Shown piece by piece: positions 17,852 through 26,487 of a stretch of 32,000 nucleotides of DNA. The stretch covers positions 1-32,000 of the forward strand of contig NZ_CP019964.1 in NCBI RefSeq assembly GCF_002214165.1, read 5' to 3'. A model generated the notes under the pieces. That model had not been told where the DNA came from and did no database searches. It worked only from the letters and a program-made list of their open reading frames with translations. Position 1 is the first letter of the stretch; each line of letters opens with the position of its first letter. Position numbers and translations under genes: made by a program. The DNA is from Candidatus Saccharimonadota bacterium. GTDB taxonomy: Archaea; Micrarchaeota; Micrarchaeia; Micrarchaeales; Micrarchaeaceae.

Positions 17852-18049
17852 ATGACGGAAACAAAAAAGAAAAAATCAAAAGTTACGAAGAAGGCAGCTA
17901 AGAAGGTTGCTAAAATAGTAGTAAAAAAGGCAACAAGCATGGCAAAGCCAAAGAAAGCAGCTTCTAAGCCAAAAGCCAAAAAGGCACAAAAGCCAGCGTC
18001 AAAGACTGTAGCCAAAAAGGCCAAATCTTCGAAAAAGAAGAGCAAATGA
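17852..18049 (+). CDS. Small Lys/Ala-rich highly basic protein (histone H1 tail-like / Hc1-like composition)
   Basis: 65 aa with 28 Lys, 12 Ala and a single acidic residue by my count. An ATG start follows an AT-rich divergent promoter region. The antisense ORF 17821-18078 is a Phe-rich codon mirror. Confidence 0.55.
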   Translation: MTETKKKKSKVTKKAAKKVAKIVVKKATSMAKPKKAASKPKAKKAQKPASKTVAKKAKSSKKKSK

Positions 18050-18074
18050 AACGCTAATTTTTGATTTTTAAATT

Positions 18075-19373
18075 TCAATTGTTAAACCCGGGGAAGATCT
18101 TGCGGATATCCCTGCTGTTCTTAAGCATATTGAACGATTTCTTCATTTTGTTAAAGTCCGCTATCATGCTTCTGACATCGCTTTCAGCAGTGCCGCTTCC
18201 TAGAGCTATGCGGTGTACCCTGCTTGGGTTGTGAAGGAGCTTCTCATCATTCCTCTCATCATTGGTCATAGAGGCTATTATGACCCTGTATTTCTTGAGC
18301 TTCTCCTCACTCTGGTCTATAAGCTCCTTCGGGGCGTCAACCGCACCCATCATCTTAAGCACATTTTTAAGAGGGCCCATTTTGTTAAGGGTCTTAAGCT
18401 GGCTGTAGAAGGTATTGAAGTTGAGCTTTTCGGCATTTACCTCGTCCGGATTCAAATTTGCCTCTTTGACGGCTTCATTGACGTTGTCAATCAGCTTCTT
18501 TATATTTGGTATGCCTAACAAGCTGCCTATGTAATCATCAGGGTTGAATGGCTCAAGGTCATTGAGCTTCTCCCCTGTGCCTATGAACATTACATGAACC
18601 TTGGCGGCATTCGTTGCGCTTAGCGCCCCTCCTCCTTTGGATGAGCCGTCCATCTTTGTGACTACCACACCGTCTATGCCTACGGAATTATTGAACTCCG
18701 ACGCCTGCTTGCCCGCAACCTGCCCTATGTCCGAGCTTATGACAAGCACCTTTTTGTCTGGGTTGAAGGATTTGGTTATTCCGCTTAGCTCATCTATAAG
18801 ATTCGGGTCAAGGGCGCTCCTGCCTCCTGTGTCGCATATTATTACAGGCTTGTCCTTCAGCTCCTTGAGCCCTTCTGCCACTATCTTTCTCGCATCCTTC
18901 TCGCCCCTAATCCCAAAGAAACCAACATTTGCTTGCTCTGCAAGGGTTTTCAGCTGCTCGAAAGCGGCAGGCCTAGTGGTATCGCAGCAAATTATTCCGC
19001 TAGCGAGCCCTTTGTTCTGGTAGAACCTTGCAAGCTTTGCAGCCGTAGTGGTTTTTCCCGATCCATAGAGTCCTAGAAGCAGTATTCTCTGGCGCTTGAG
19101 CTCTGGCTCGTACCTATCCCCTACGAGACTTACAAGTTCGTTGTATACAATATCGGTTATGTAATCATTAGAGGGGATTCCTGCAGGGGGCTTGCTCTTC
19201 AATGCCTTTTCCTCTATCCTCTTTGTCAGGTCAAGCACTAATTCAACGTCAACATCTCCCATTATCAAGGTTTTCTGTAGCTCCTTGTTGAACTCCCTTA
19301 TAACCTTAGCGTCGATTATGGTCGAATGCGTCAGCTTTGCCAAAGCCTTCCTTAAAGAATCTCCAAAATCCAT
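18075..19373 (-). CDS. srp54: Signal recognition particle protein SRP54
   Basis: 432 aa. The N/G domain carries GLYGSGKTTTAAKLA, DTGGR and TKMDG. The M domain is C-terminal. Confidence 0.93.
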   Translation of the reverse strand: MDFGDSLRKALAKLTHSTIIDAKVIREFNKELQKTLIMGDVDVELVLDLTKRIEEKALKSKPPAGIPSNDYITDIVYNELVSLVGDRYEPELKRQRILLLGLYGSGKTTTAAKLARFYQNKGLASGIICCDTTRPAAFEQLKTLAEQANVGFFGIRGEKDARKIVAEGLKELKDKPVIICDTGGRSALDPNLIDELSGITKSFNPDKKVLVISSDIGQVAGKQASEFNNSVGIDGVVVTKMDGSSKGGGALSATNAAKVHVMFIGTGEKLNDLEPFNPDDYIGSLLGIPNIKKLIDNVNEAVKEANLNPDEVNAEKLNFNTFYSQLKTLNKMGPLKNVLKMMGAVDAPKELIDQSEEKLKKYRVIIASMTNDERNDEKLLHNPSRVHRIALGSGTAESDVRSMIADFNKMKKSFNMLKNSRDIRKIFPGFNN

Positions 19374-19405
19374 CTGAATTTACCATTAAAAAATTTAAGC
19401 AATGC

Positions 19406-19648
19406 TTATTTTATCTTCTCCGTTCCGACTATAACACTTTCAGATATGTTCTTTACCCTCTCATAATTGACGGTGTTCTTCTTGAACTCCTCTCCTTTGC
19501 TCTTGCCGCTTGCAAGATCCTCAAGCTTTACCAGCATCAAGCTGTTGACGCTGCCGCTTTCCATGTCCAATATTATGTCTTCAACATATCCAAGCTTGTG
19601 CCCCGTGTTCGTTATTATCTCCTTTCCATACAAATCGGATGTAAGCAT
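19406..19648 (-). CDS. PRC-barrel domain protein
   Basis: 80 aa. LYGKEIITNTGHKLGYVEDIILDMESGSVNSLML is the PRC-barrel pattern. Confidence 0.6.
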   Translation of the reverse strand: MLTSDLYGKEIITNTGHKLGYVEDIILDMESGSVNSLMLVKLEDLASGKSKGEEFKKNTVNYERVKNISESVIVGTEKIK

Positions 19649-19708
19649 TTTATCACTGAATAACTTTATCTTTTAAGGTTTATAAACCTATTATAAAATA
19701 AGGGGTAA

Positions 19709-20266
19709 TTATTTTATTCTGTAAATTTTTTTGACCGCAAATATCCTGCTTATGTACTCCTGCATGTTTTCCAGGAGCTTGGCTTTGTCATTATTGAGCT
19801 CTTTGAGCTCGTTCTCATCAAAAAGGTCTTTGTGGTTCTCTACAAGGTCCTTAAGGTAAGTGTCGGTCAGGTAGTAGCTTTTCGCATTGCAGTGCTTGCA
19901 TATATAGGTAGGTATTATTGGTATATTGCTTTTTTTCAGGGTTGCTTCCGATCTTGAAAGATCCTTTGAGCCGCATTTCGGGCAAGCTTTGTCAAGCTTT
20001 ACGTCCTCGTATACCGATTCCCTGACATCCTCAAGGCCATTGGCCTCTATGAATCCGTCTGCGAAATCCCTGGCCGATTTCCCATCCGATTCGATCAGCT
20101 TCTGGTCAAGAACTCCACCAGTCAAATCGAACAATGTCTGCAATATGGCGTCTTCCACCGGTTCCCAAACCATGGTCACCATCCCAGTACCCTCAGAATA
20201 AAACTCAAGCTTTATACTATGTGTGGGGCTCTCGCTTATGAAAGCTTCCCCCGAACTTTCACTCAA
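19709..20266 (-). CDS. Hypothetical zinc-ribbon protein (185 aa)
   Basis: An acidic N-terminal half is followed by CPKCG...CKHC (a four-Cys ribbon). It overlaps the upstream histone-fold gene by 8 nt, suggesting co-transcription. Confidence 0.5.
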   Translation of the reverse strand: MSESSGEAFISESPTHSIKLEFYSEGTGMVTMVWEPVEDAILQTLFDLTGGVLDQKLIESDGKSARDFADGFIEANGLEDVRESVYEDVKLDKACPKCGSKDLSRSEATLKKSNIPIIPTYICKHCNAKSYYLTDTYLKDLVENHKDLFDENELKELNNDKAKLLENMQEYISRIFAVKKIYRIK

Positions 20267-20495
20267 TCTTCTTCACCTTTACAGAATTTTTAATTATAGC
20301 CTGTTCAATATCATCATGCGTTATCATAGCATGCTTCTTTATCTTCGCATTGTTCACGGCCTCCTTGGCTATCTTTCCCGCCTGCGAGTCCAAGAACTTT
20401 ATTATGCTTTCTATCGCGTCATCGCTGATCCTTACCTTGTATTTCTCCTTGACATAATTTTTTATGGTCCTTTTGGATATAGGCATTGTGATCAA
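20259..20495 (-). CDS. Archaeal histone-fold protein (HMf-like, divergent loop 2)
   Basis: It aligns by eye with HMfB: VRISDDAIESIIKFLDSQAGKIAKEAVNNAKIKKHAMITHDDIEQAI versus ERVSDDARITLAKILEEMGRDIASEAIKLARHAGRKTIKAEDIELAV. The likely start is MPISK at 20486. Confidence 0.6.
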   Translation of the reverse strand: MITMPISKRTIKNYVKEKYKVRISDDAIESIIKFLDSQAGKIAKEAVNNAKIKKHAMITHDDIEQAIIKNSVKVKKIE

Positions 20496-20703
20496 CCATT
20501 ATTCAGCACTCAAGATCTTCTTCATTGCAAAAGCTCAGAAACGCGAAACTCATCATCCGATTTATTATAGATTCAAAATAAATAAACCTTTGCTTTTGAG
20601 CGTACAGGCAAAATAGCATATGCAAAAGCTCTGCAATAATGGATTTCCAATAAAATTTTTTAGAGCAATATTTTAATATTTATAACCCAAAAATATATTA
20701 TAT

Positions 20704-21048
20704 GTGATAAAAATGAGTGCAGAAGAAAACAAGGTAGAAGCAGTCAACTCCGGAGATTTTGAAGAGAAAGTCCTAAAATCCAAGGTGCCTGTCGTTGTAG
20801 ACGTATGGGCCGAATGGTGTGGGCCATGCAGGATGTTCTCACCTATAATAGAGGAAGTAGCACCGGAATACAATGGAAAGGTAAAATTCGTAAAGCTGAA
20901 TGCGGACGACAATGAAGACATCGCGGCGCAGTACAATATAATGAGCATCCCAACATCCCTTCTAGTAGTAAACGGAGAGGTAAAAGCGGAAAATGTAGGT
21001 GCGGTGCCAAAAGCGGTCCTAAAGAAATGGATAGACGAAAATATTTGA
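20704..21048 (+). CDS. trxA: Thioredoxin
   Basis: WAEWCGPCRMFSP active site, size around 110 aa. The likely ATG is at 20713; the track start at 20704 is GTG. Confidence 0.9.
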   Translation: MIKMSAEENKVEAVNSGDFEEKVLKSKVPVVVDVWAEWCGPCRMFSPIIEEVAPEYNGKVKFVKLNADDNEDIAAQYNIMSIPTSLLVVNGEVKAENVGAVPKAVLKKWIDENI

Positions 21049-21074
21049 ATATTTTGAATTTTGAATAAGATGTT

Positions 21075-22352
21075 TTGATGGTTGACCTGCCTTTTCCGAA
21101 GGGATTCAGGGACATGCTGCCTAATGAGGCGCTGTTCCGTAGCAAAATGCTGAGAAGAATAGAGGACATCTTCCAGCTTTACGGGTTTATGGGTATATAC
21201 ACCCCAAAGCTGGAATCAATGAAGCTCCTGCGTGCAAAGGAATCTATAGGAGAGGAGAACAAGCTGATTTTTGAGTTAAAAAACGAGGGTTTGGGCTTAA
21301 GGTATGACCAGACCGTGTCATTGGCGAGATATTTCATAATGCACTCTAACTTGCCCTTGCCATTCAAACGTTACTCGATTGGCGAAGTCTGGAGGATGGA
21401 CGAGCCCCAAAGGCTCAGATATCGTGAGTTTACCCAAGCAGACATCGATATAATAGGAGGGGATAGCGTAAAGGCGGATGCCGAGATTATAGCAGCCGCA
21501 TCAAAAGTCTACGAAGCTTTTGGAGTGGACTACAAGATATCCATAAACGACAGAAAGATGCTTGACGAATTTTTTGCAAAACTGAAAATCAGTAAAGAGA
21601 ACCAGTTAAAAATAATGCGTGCAATAGACAAGATCGATAAGCTAGGCATCACAGGAGTAAAGGAACTGATAAAGGAAAGTGAGCTAAAAGAAGAGCAGGT
21701 AAATGAAATAATAAAGCTGATATCATTTGAGGGTACCAATACTGAAAAATTAAATTATATTAAATCCTTAATTGGAGAGGAGCCTGCCTCAGAGATTGAG
21801 AATACCATTTTGCTTTTGGAGTCCTACGGAATAAAAGCAATCCCTTCCATTGACTTCTCTACCGTTAGGGGTATTGATTATTATACCAGCATAGTATTTG
21901 AGTTCAAGACAAGCGGCGAAAATGCGGCATTGGGGGGAGGAGGCAGATATGACAATCTGATATCAAACTATGGAGGCAAACAAATAGGCGCTGTCGGATT
22001 TGCCGTTGGGGTTGACAGGCTTCTGGATGTATTAAAATTCCAGGAATCAAAGGAGATAACCCCAGCAGAGGTATTCATTTCAAACATAAAAAAAGAGAAT
22101 TATCAATATGCATTGAAGATCGCCAATGACCTGAGATCACATGGAATAAAGGTGGATCTAAACGATTCGGACAGAAATCTATCCAACCAGCTTTCATATT
22201 CAAATGCAATAGGATTCAAGTATACAATATTCATAGGGCCGTCGGAGCAAGAATCAGGAAAAGCAAAAGTACGCGACATGAAATCCGGCACGGAAACATT
22301 GGTGGAAATTCAAAAGATAAGTGAGTTTTTTAAAGCTTCCACAACCAAATAA
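21075..22352 (+). CDS. hisS: Histidine--tRNA ligase
   Basis: PKGFRDMLP, RYDQTVSLARY, WRMDEPQRLRYREFTQADIDIIG and GGGGRYDNL are class IIa HisRS motifs. The likely ATG is at 21078. Confidence 0.92.
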   Translation: MMVDLPFPKGFRDMLPNEALFRSKMLRRIEDIFQLYGFMGIYTPKLESMKLLRAKESIGEENKLIFELKNEGLGLRYDQTVSLARYFIMHSNLPLPFKRYSIGEVWRMDEPQRLRYREFTQADIDIIGGDSVKADAEIIAAASKVYEAFGVDYKISINDRKMLDEFFAKLKISKENQLKIMRAIDKIDKLGITGVKELIKESELKEEQVNEIIKLISFEGTNTEKLNYIKSLIGEEPASEIENTILLLESYGIKAIPSIDFSTVRGIDYYTSIVFEFKTSGENAALGGGGRYDNLISNYGGKQIGAVGFAVGVDRLLDVLKFQESKEITPAEVFISNIKKENYQYALKIANDLRSHGIKVDLNDSDRNLSNQLSYSNAIGFKYTIFIGPSEQESGKAKVRDMKSGTETLVEIQKISEFFKASTTK

Positions 22353-22449
22353 TCTTAAAAACAGCACGTTAAAGCCTAATAAAACGTTAGTTTTAAAAGG
22401 TATTGCATTGTAATAATAACATAAGTAGGCATATTGCTCTATTGGTAAT

Positions 22450-22800
22450 TTGCATTCTAACTTAAACATAATAGGAAGTGTAATTATGACTGAATCGACA
22501 AATAATATCCGTCTTGCTGTAGATACAGGAGAGGCGGCATTGGGATTAAACAGCGTTATTGGTTCTATAAAAAACAATACAGCCAAGCTTATAATATTGG
22601 CCAAAGTGAATGATAACGACATACTTGAAGATATCCAGCACATGGCAAAGGTCGCAGAGATAAGCGTGCAGTTATTCGAGGGGAATTCAATGGACCTTGG
22701 TTCACTATGCGGAAAACCTTTCTCGGTATCCGCATTGTCAATCATAAATCCAGGTGCTTCCGATATTTTAAAAGGGCTCGAAAAAAAGAGCGATAAATAA
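22450..22800 (+). CDS. rpl30e: 50S ribosomal protein L30e (eL30)
   Basis: IRLAVDTGEAALGLNSVIGSIKNNTAKLIILAKV...DLGSLCGKPFSVSALSIINPG matches eL30. The likely ATG is at 22486, after an AGGAAGTG Shine-Dalgarno-like site; the track start is TTG. Confidence 0.9.
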   Translation: MHSNLNIIGSVIMTESTNNIRLAVDTGEAALGLNSVIGSIKNNTAKLIILAKVNDNDILEDIQHMAKVAEISVQLFEGNSMDLGSLCGKPFSVSALSIINPGASDILKGLEKKSDK

Positions 22801-22812
22801 AGGTGTTATAAC

Positions 22813-23241
22813 ATGCCAAATGGTCAATTTGCAGCTAGAAAATTGCTTACAGAAAGGAAGCATCAGCGTATGCTTAAGAAATGGTTGAAGAGAAGGAAAT
22901 TGAAGCTTAAAGCTAAATACGATCCTGTAGGTACAAACCCACGTGCAAAAGCACTTGTCCTGCAGAAGTACTCCGTAGAACAGAAGCAACCTCATTCAGG
23001 ACAGATAAAATGCGTCAAAGTACAGCTCATAAAGAACGGCAAAGTGGTTGGCGCATATGTGCCAAATGAAGGCGCAATAAACTTCGTGGACGAGCACGAT
23101 GAAGTTACAATAGAGGGCCTCGGTGGGTCGCAGAGAGGACAGATGGGTTGCATACCTGGATTGAAGTACAAGGTAGTAGAAGTAAACGGTGCCAACCTTA
23201 GGCTTGTAGCCAAAGGAAAGAAGCAGAAGCCAAAGAGATGA
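22813..23241 (+). CDS. rps12: 30S ribosomal protein uS12
   Basis: 142 aa. KQPHSGQIKCVKVQLIKNGKVVGAYVPNEG...VTIEGLGGSQRG is archaeal uS12. Confidence 0.93.
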   Translation: MPNGQFAARKLLTERKHQRMLKKWLKRRKLKLKAKYDPVGTNPRAKALVLQKYSVEQKQPHSGQIKCVKVQLIKNGKVVGAYVPNEGAINFVDEHDEVTIEGLGGSQRGQMGCIPGLKYKVVEVNGANLRLVAKGKKQKPKR

Positions 23242-24137
23242 TATCCATGCCTGTCGATAAGAAGAACACTAAAAATTCCAAGGAATCCAAATCCAAGGAG
23301 AAAGAAAAGGAGCAGAAGCCAGAGATTAAATCCAAAGCTTCCGAAGAGAAACATGAACATCCTGCTGCAAAAGAAGCAAAAGAATCAAAGAAGGAGCAAG
23401 CAGCAGAAGCAAAAGAAGAGAAGCTAGAAGAAAAGGCCGAAGAAAGAAAAGAAAAGAAATTAGAGGAGAAAGAAGAGGCCAAATCAGAAAAAGAAAAGGA
23501 AAAATCAGAGAAATCCGAAAAGAGCTCTTCAATAAACAAGATAAAGCTCTTCAATAAATACGATTATGACGTTTCAGTGGACGATCTCAGCCTTAGGAAT
23601 TACATAAATCTAAAGCCTATGGTCAACCCTCTCACATACAGAAGAGGAAGCGGCAAGCCATTCTCAAAAGCGAACATTAACGTGGTAGAAAGGCTCGAAA
23701 ACTCCTTAATGAGGGGAGGTACAGGAAGCAGGATCGGAGGCCACACCATAAGGACCGAAGGAAGGCTTCAGGGAAAGAAAATAAAAGTAATGAAAATAAT
23801 AGAGGATGCTTTTGACAATGTCCACAATCAGACAAAGCTGAACCCTCTGGCCATCTTCATAGTGGCATTGGAGAACAGTGCACCTATAGAGGACACGACA
23901 AGGATAAGGCAGGGAGGTACGGTATCCAACATATCTGTGGATGTAAGCGCAAGCCGCAGGCTCGATATCGCTTTGAGGAATATTGCAACTGCTTCAATAA
24001 TAGGGGCATTCGACAATAAAAGGAAGATAAGCGATGCTCTTGCTTCGGAGATAATACTTGCATCAAGAAATGATATAAACAGCTATTCGATCAAGAGAAA
24101 GAACGAAATAGAGCGTATGGCTAGAAGTGCAAAATGA
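23238..24137 (+). CDS. rps7: 30S ribosomal protein uS7 with ~100-aa K/E-rich N-terminal extension
   Basis: 299 aa. The conserved uS7 core starts around residue 101 (IKLFNKYDYDVSVDDLSLRNYINL...NVVERLENSLMRGG...) and runs to the C-terminal ERMARSAK. Residues 1-100 are low-complexity K/E/S/A. The ATG overlaps the rps12 stop. Confidence 0.9.
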   Translation: MISMPVDKKNTKNSKESKSKEKEKEQKPEIKSKASEEKHEHPAAKEAKESKKEQAAEAKEEKLEEKAEERKEKKLEEKEEAKSEKEKEKSEKSEKSSSINKIKLFNKYDYDVSVDDLSLRNYINLKPMVNPLTYRRGSGKPFSKANINVVERLENSLMRGGTGSRIGGHTIRTEGRLQGKKIKVMKIIEDAFDNVHNQTKLNPLAIFIVALENSAPIEDTTRIRQGGTVSNISVDVSASRRLDIALRNIATASIIGAFDNKRKISDALASEIILASRNDINSYSIKRKNEIERMARSAK

Positions 24138-24149
24138 TGGTGCTTTTTA

Positions 24150-26342
24150 ATGGTAAGAAAAGAGTATATTGTTGAAGAAATAGTAAAGATAATGAAGAAT
24201 ACAGACCAGATAAGGAATGTAGCAATCATAGCACACGTCCATCATGGAAAAACTACATTGACAGATTCATTGCTGGCAAGGGCGGGCCTTATATCAAAGG
24301 CGGCTGCAGGAGATGCATTGTACACGAATTATGAGGCTATAGAAAAGGATAGGAAGATGACTATTAAGTCTGCCAACATATCATTAGGTTTTCCTTATAA
24401 CGGAAAGGACTACATAATAAACCTTATAGATACCCCCGGGCACGTAGATTTTGGCGGAGGTGTTACCAAAGCAATGCGTGCAATAGACGGAGTCATTCTT
24501 GTTGTAGATCCCGTAGAAGGGATAATGCCCCAGACTGAAACAGTGCTAAAGCAGGCGTTGAAAGAAAAAGCAAAGCCAGTTCTATTCATAAACAAAGTCG
24601 ATAGGCTTCTAACCGAACTTAAGCTCAGCCCCGAAGACACATTCGCAAGGATATCCGCCTTGATAGGAAGCATAAACAGGCTTATAGACAAGAATGTGCC
24701 CGAGGAATTCAAAGGCCAATGGAAAGTAAGCGTGGAAGACGGAAGCGTTGCAATGGGTTCGGCTTACAAGAAATGGGCGATATCAAAGCTCATAATGGAA
24801 AAGTACCATACAACATTCAAGGACATATTCGCATTGACTGCAGCAGGTGACGAAAAGAAGCTGCAGGAAGTCGGGCCTATAGATGAAGCAGTATTGGCTA
24901 TGATAATAGACCATTTGCCAAGCCCAAAAACTGCACAATCATACAGAATACCTCATATATGGAAAGGAGATATGAACAGCGAAATCGGAAAGTCCATGTC
25001 TCTTGTCGACGACAATGGCAAAGCGGTAGGTGTAGTATTCAACTTAACATATGACCAGCACAGCGGAGAAGTGGTCGTGGCAAGGATATTCTCAGGGACC
25101 ATCAAGAAAGGTACTGAAGTCCACATCTCAGGCCAAGCCTCAACCCAAAGGGTACAGATGGTAGGGATATACATGGGCCCCGACAGGATTATCGTAGATG
25201 AGATACCTGCAGGCAACATAGCTGCCATAATAGGCTTAAAGGACCTTAGCATAGGGGATACCTTAAGCGAAGAAGAAATAGAACCTTTTGATCAGATAAC
25301 CCACTATTCAAAACCTGTAGTCACAAAAGCGATAGAAGCCAAGGATTCCAGGGATACATCAAAGCTTATAGAGGCATTGAGGGAATTGTCAAAAGAGGAT
25401 CCGACTATACAAGTAGAAATAAACCAGGAGACAGGAGAGCACTTGGTAAGTGGTATGGGAGAGCTGCACCTTGAGATAATTGAAACCAAGCTGCGCGACA
25501 ATTTCAAGATCCAGATAATCTCAAGCCCTCCTATAGTAATCTACAGGGAGACGATAGCCCAGAAGGCGGGCCCTGTTGAGAGCAAGACTCCAAACAGGCA
25601 TTCTAGATTTTACATGACTGCCGAGCCTCTTCCAGATTCTGTCCAGAAAGCGATAGATGATGGAATAATAAGAGAAGGCAAGCCCAAAGGGCAATCTGCA
25701 ATAGAAGACCTTGTTTCAGCGGGGCTGGACAGGGCGATTGCAAAGAACACCGTAGACGTCTACAACAAATGCATACTTGCAGATATGACCCACGGAGTCC
25801 AGTACATGAACGAGGTAATGGAGCTTCTGATAGACGGATTCGAGGAAGCGATAAAGGACGGCCCATTGGCAAGAGAGAAATGCGCAGGTGTACTCATCAG
25901 CATAGTTGACGCAACAATACACGAGGACCCAGTACACAGAGGGCCTGCACAGGTAATTCCTGCATCAAGGAACGGTGTATACGCATCAATGCTGGAAGCA
26001 GGTGTGTTCCTTCTCGAGCCTATGCAGATATATACAATCGAATCGCCTCAGGACTATATGTCCGGGTTGATAACGTTCGTCCAGAGCAGGAGGGGGCAGG
26101 TCCAGGAGATAACACAGGTAGGAGAAGATGTAAAGCTGGTGTCAAAGATGCCGGTTGCAGATACTCTTAAAGGGTTTTCGAATGATATGAGAAGCCTTAC
26201 CCAAGGAAGGGCTACCTGGTACACAGAGTTTGCAGGATTTGAAAAGCTGCCTACAAATATACAGCCACAGATAGTAAGAGAGATAAGGTCAAGGAAGGGA
26301 CAGCCTCCAGAGCCTCCAAAGGCATCCGATTTCCTCGAATGA
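24150..26342 (+). CDS. fusA: Translation elongation factor 2 (aEF-2)
   Basis: 730 aa. AHVHHGKTTLTDSLL, DTPGHVDF and NKVDR are present. The diphthamide-site region is VDATIHEDPVHRGPAQ. Confidence 0.95.
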   Translation: MVRKEYIVEEIVKIMKNTDQIRNVAIIAHVHHGKTTLTDSLLARAGLISKAAAGDALYTNYEAIEKDRKMTIKSANISLGFPYNGKDYIINLIDTPGHVDFGGGVTKAMRAIDGVILVVDPVEGIMPQTETVLKQALKEKAKPVLFINKVDRLLTELKLSPEDTFARISALIGSINRLIDKNVPEEFKGQWKVSVEDGSVAMGSAYKKWAISKLIMEKYHTTFKDIFALTAAGDEKKLQEVGPIDEAVLAMIIDHLPSPKTAQSYRIPHIWKGDMNSEIGKSMSLVDDNGKAVGVVFNLTYDQHSGEVVVARIFSGTIKKGTEVHISGQASTQRVQMVGIYMGPDRIIVDEIPAGNIAAIIGLKDLSIGDTLSEEEIEPFDQITHYSKPVVTKAIEAKDSRDTSKLIEALRELSKEDPTIQVEINQETGEHLVSGMGELHLEIIETKLRDNFKIQIISSPPIVIYRETIAQKAGPVESKTPNRHSRFYMTAEPLPDSVQKAIDDGIIREGKPKGQSAIEDLVSAGLDRAIAKNTVDVYNKCILADMTHGVQYMNEVMELLIDGFEEAIKDGPLAREKCAGVLISIVDATIHEDPVHRGPAQVIPASRNGVYASMLEAGVFLLEPMQIYTIESPQDYMSGLITFVQSRRGQVQEITQVGEDVKLVSKMPVADTLKGFSNDMRSLTQGRATWYTEFAGFEKLPTNIQPQIVREIRSRKGQPPEPPKASDFLE

Positions 26343-26487
26343 GGGAATAGGATGTTCTGGGGCAGGTGAACGAAAGGTATTTATAAGTGAATAACAAACT
26401 TATAAATGCGGAATAAGGCTTAAACAGCCTGCGTTCACTATTTCATAAATTTATGCTAACCAATGAAGTTAGATCTAAGGTGTAAAA

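Noticed and set aside
17821-18078. 85-aa minus-strand ORF, very Phe/Ala-rich and apparently membrane-like
   Set aside because: It is the codon mirror of the Lys/Ala-rich plus-strand ORF (AAA/AAG/GCx read as TTT/CTT/xGC). It would overlap the srp54 stop and has no upstream promoter space. I favour the plus-strand ORF, though neither is proven.
23198-23554. Minus-strand ORFs of 118 and 68 aa (Ser/Phe/Leu-rich) opposite the 5' part of rps7
   Set aside because: They are an antisense artefact of the purine-rich K/E-coding tract. They are fully contained in a conserved ribosomal operon on the other strand.
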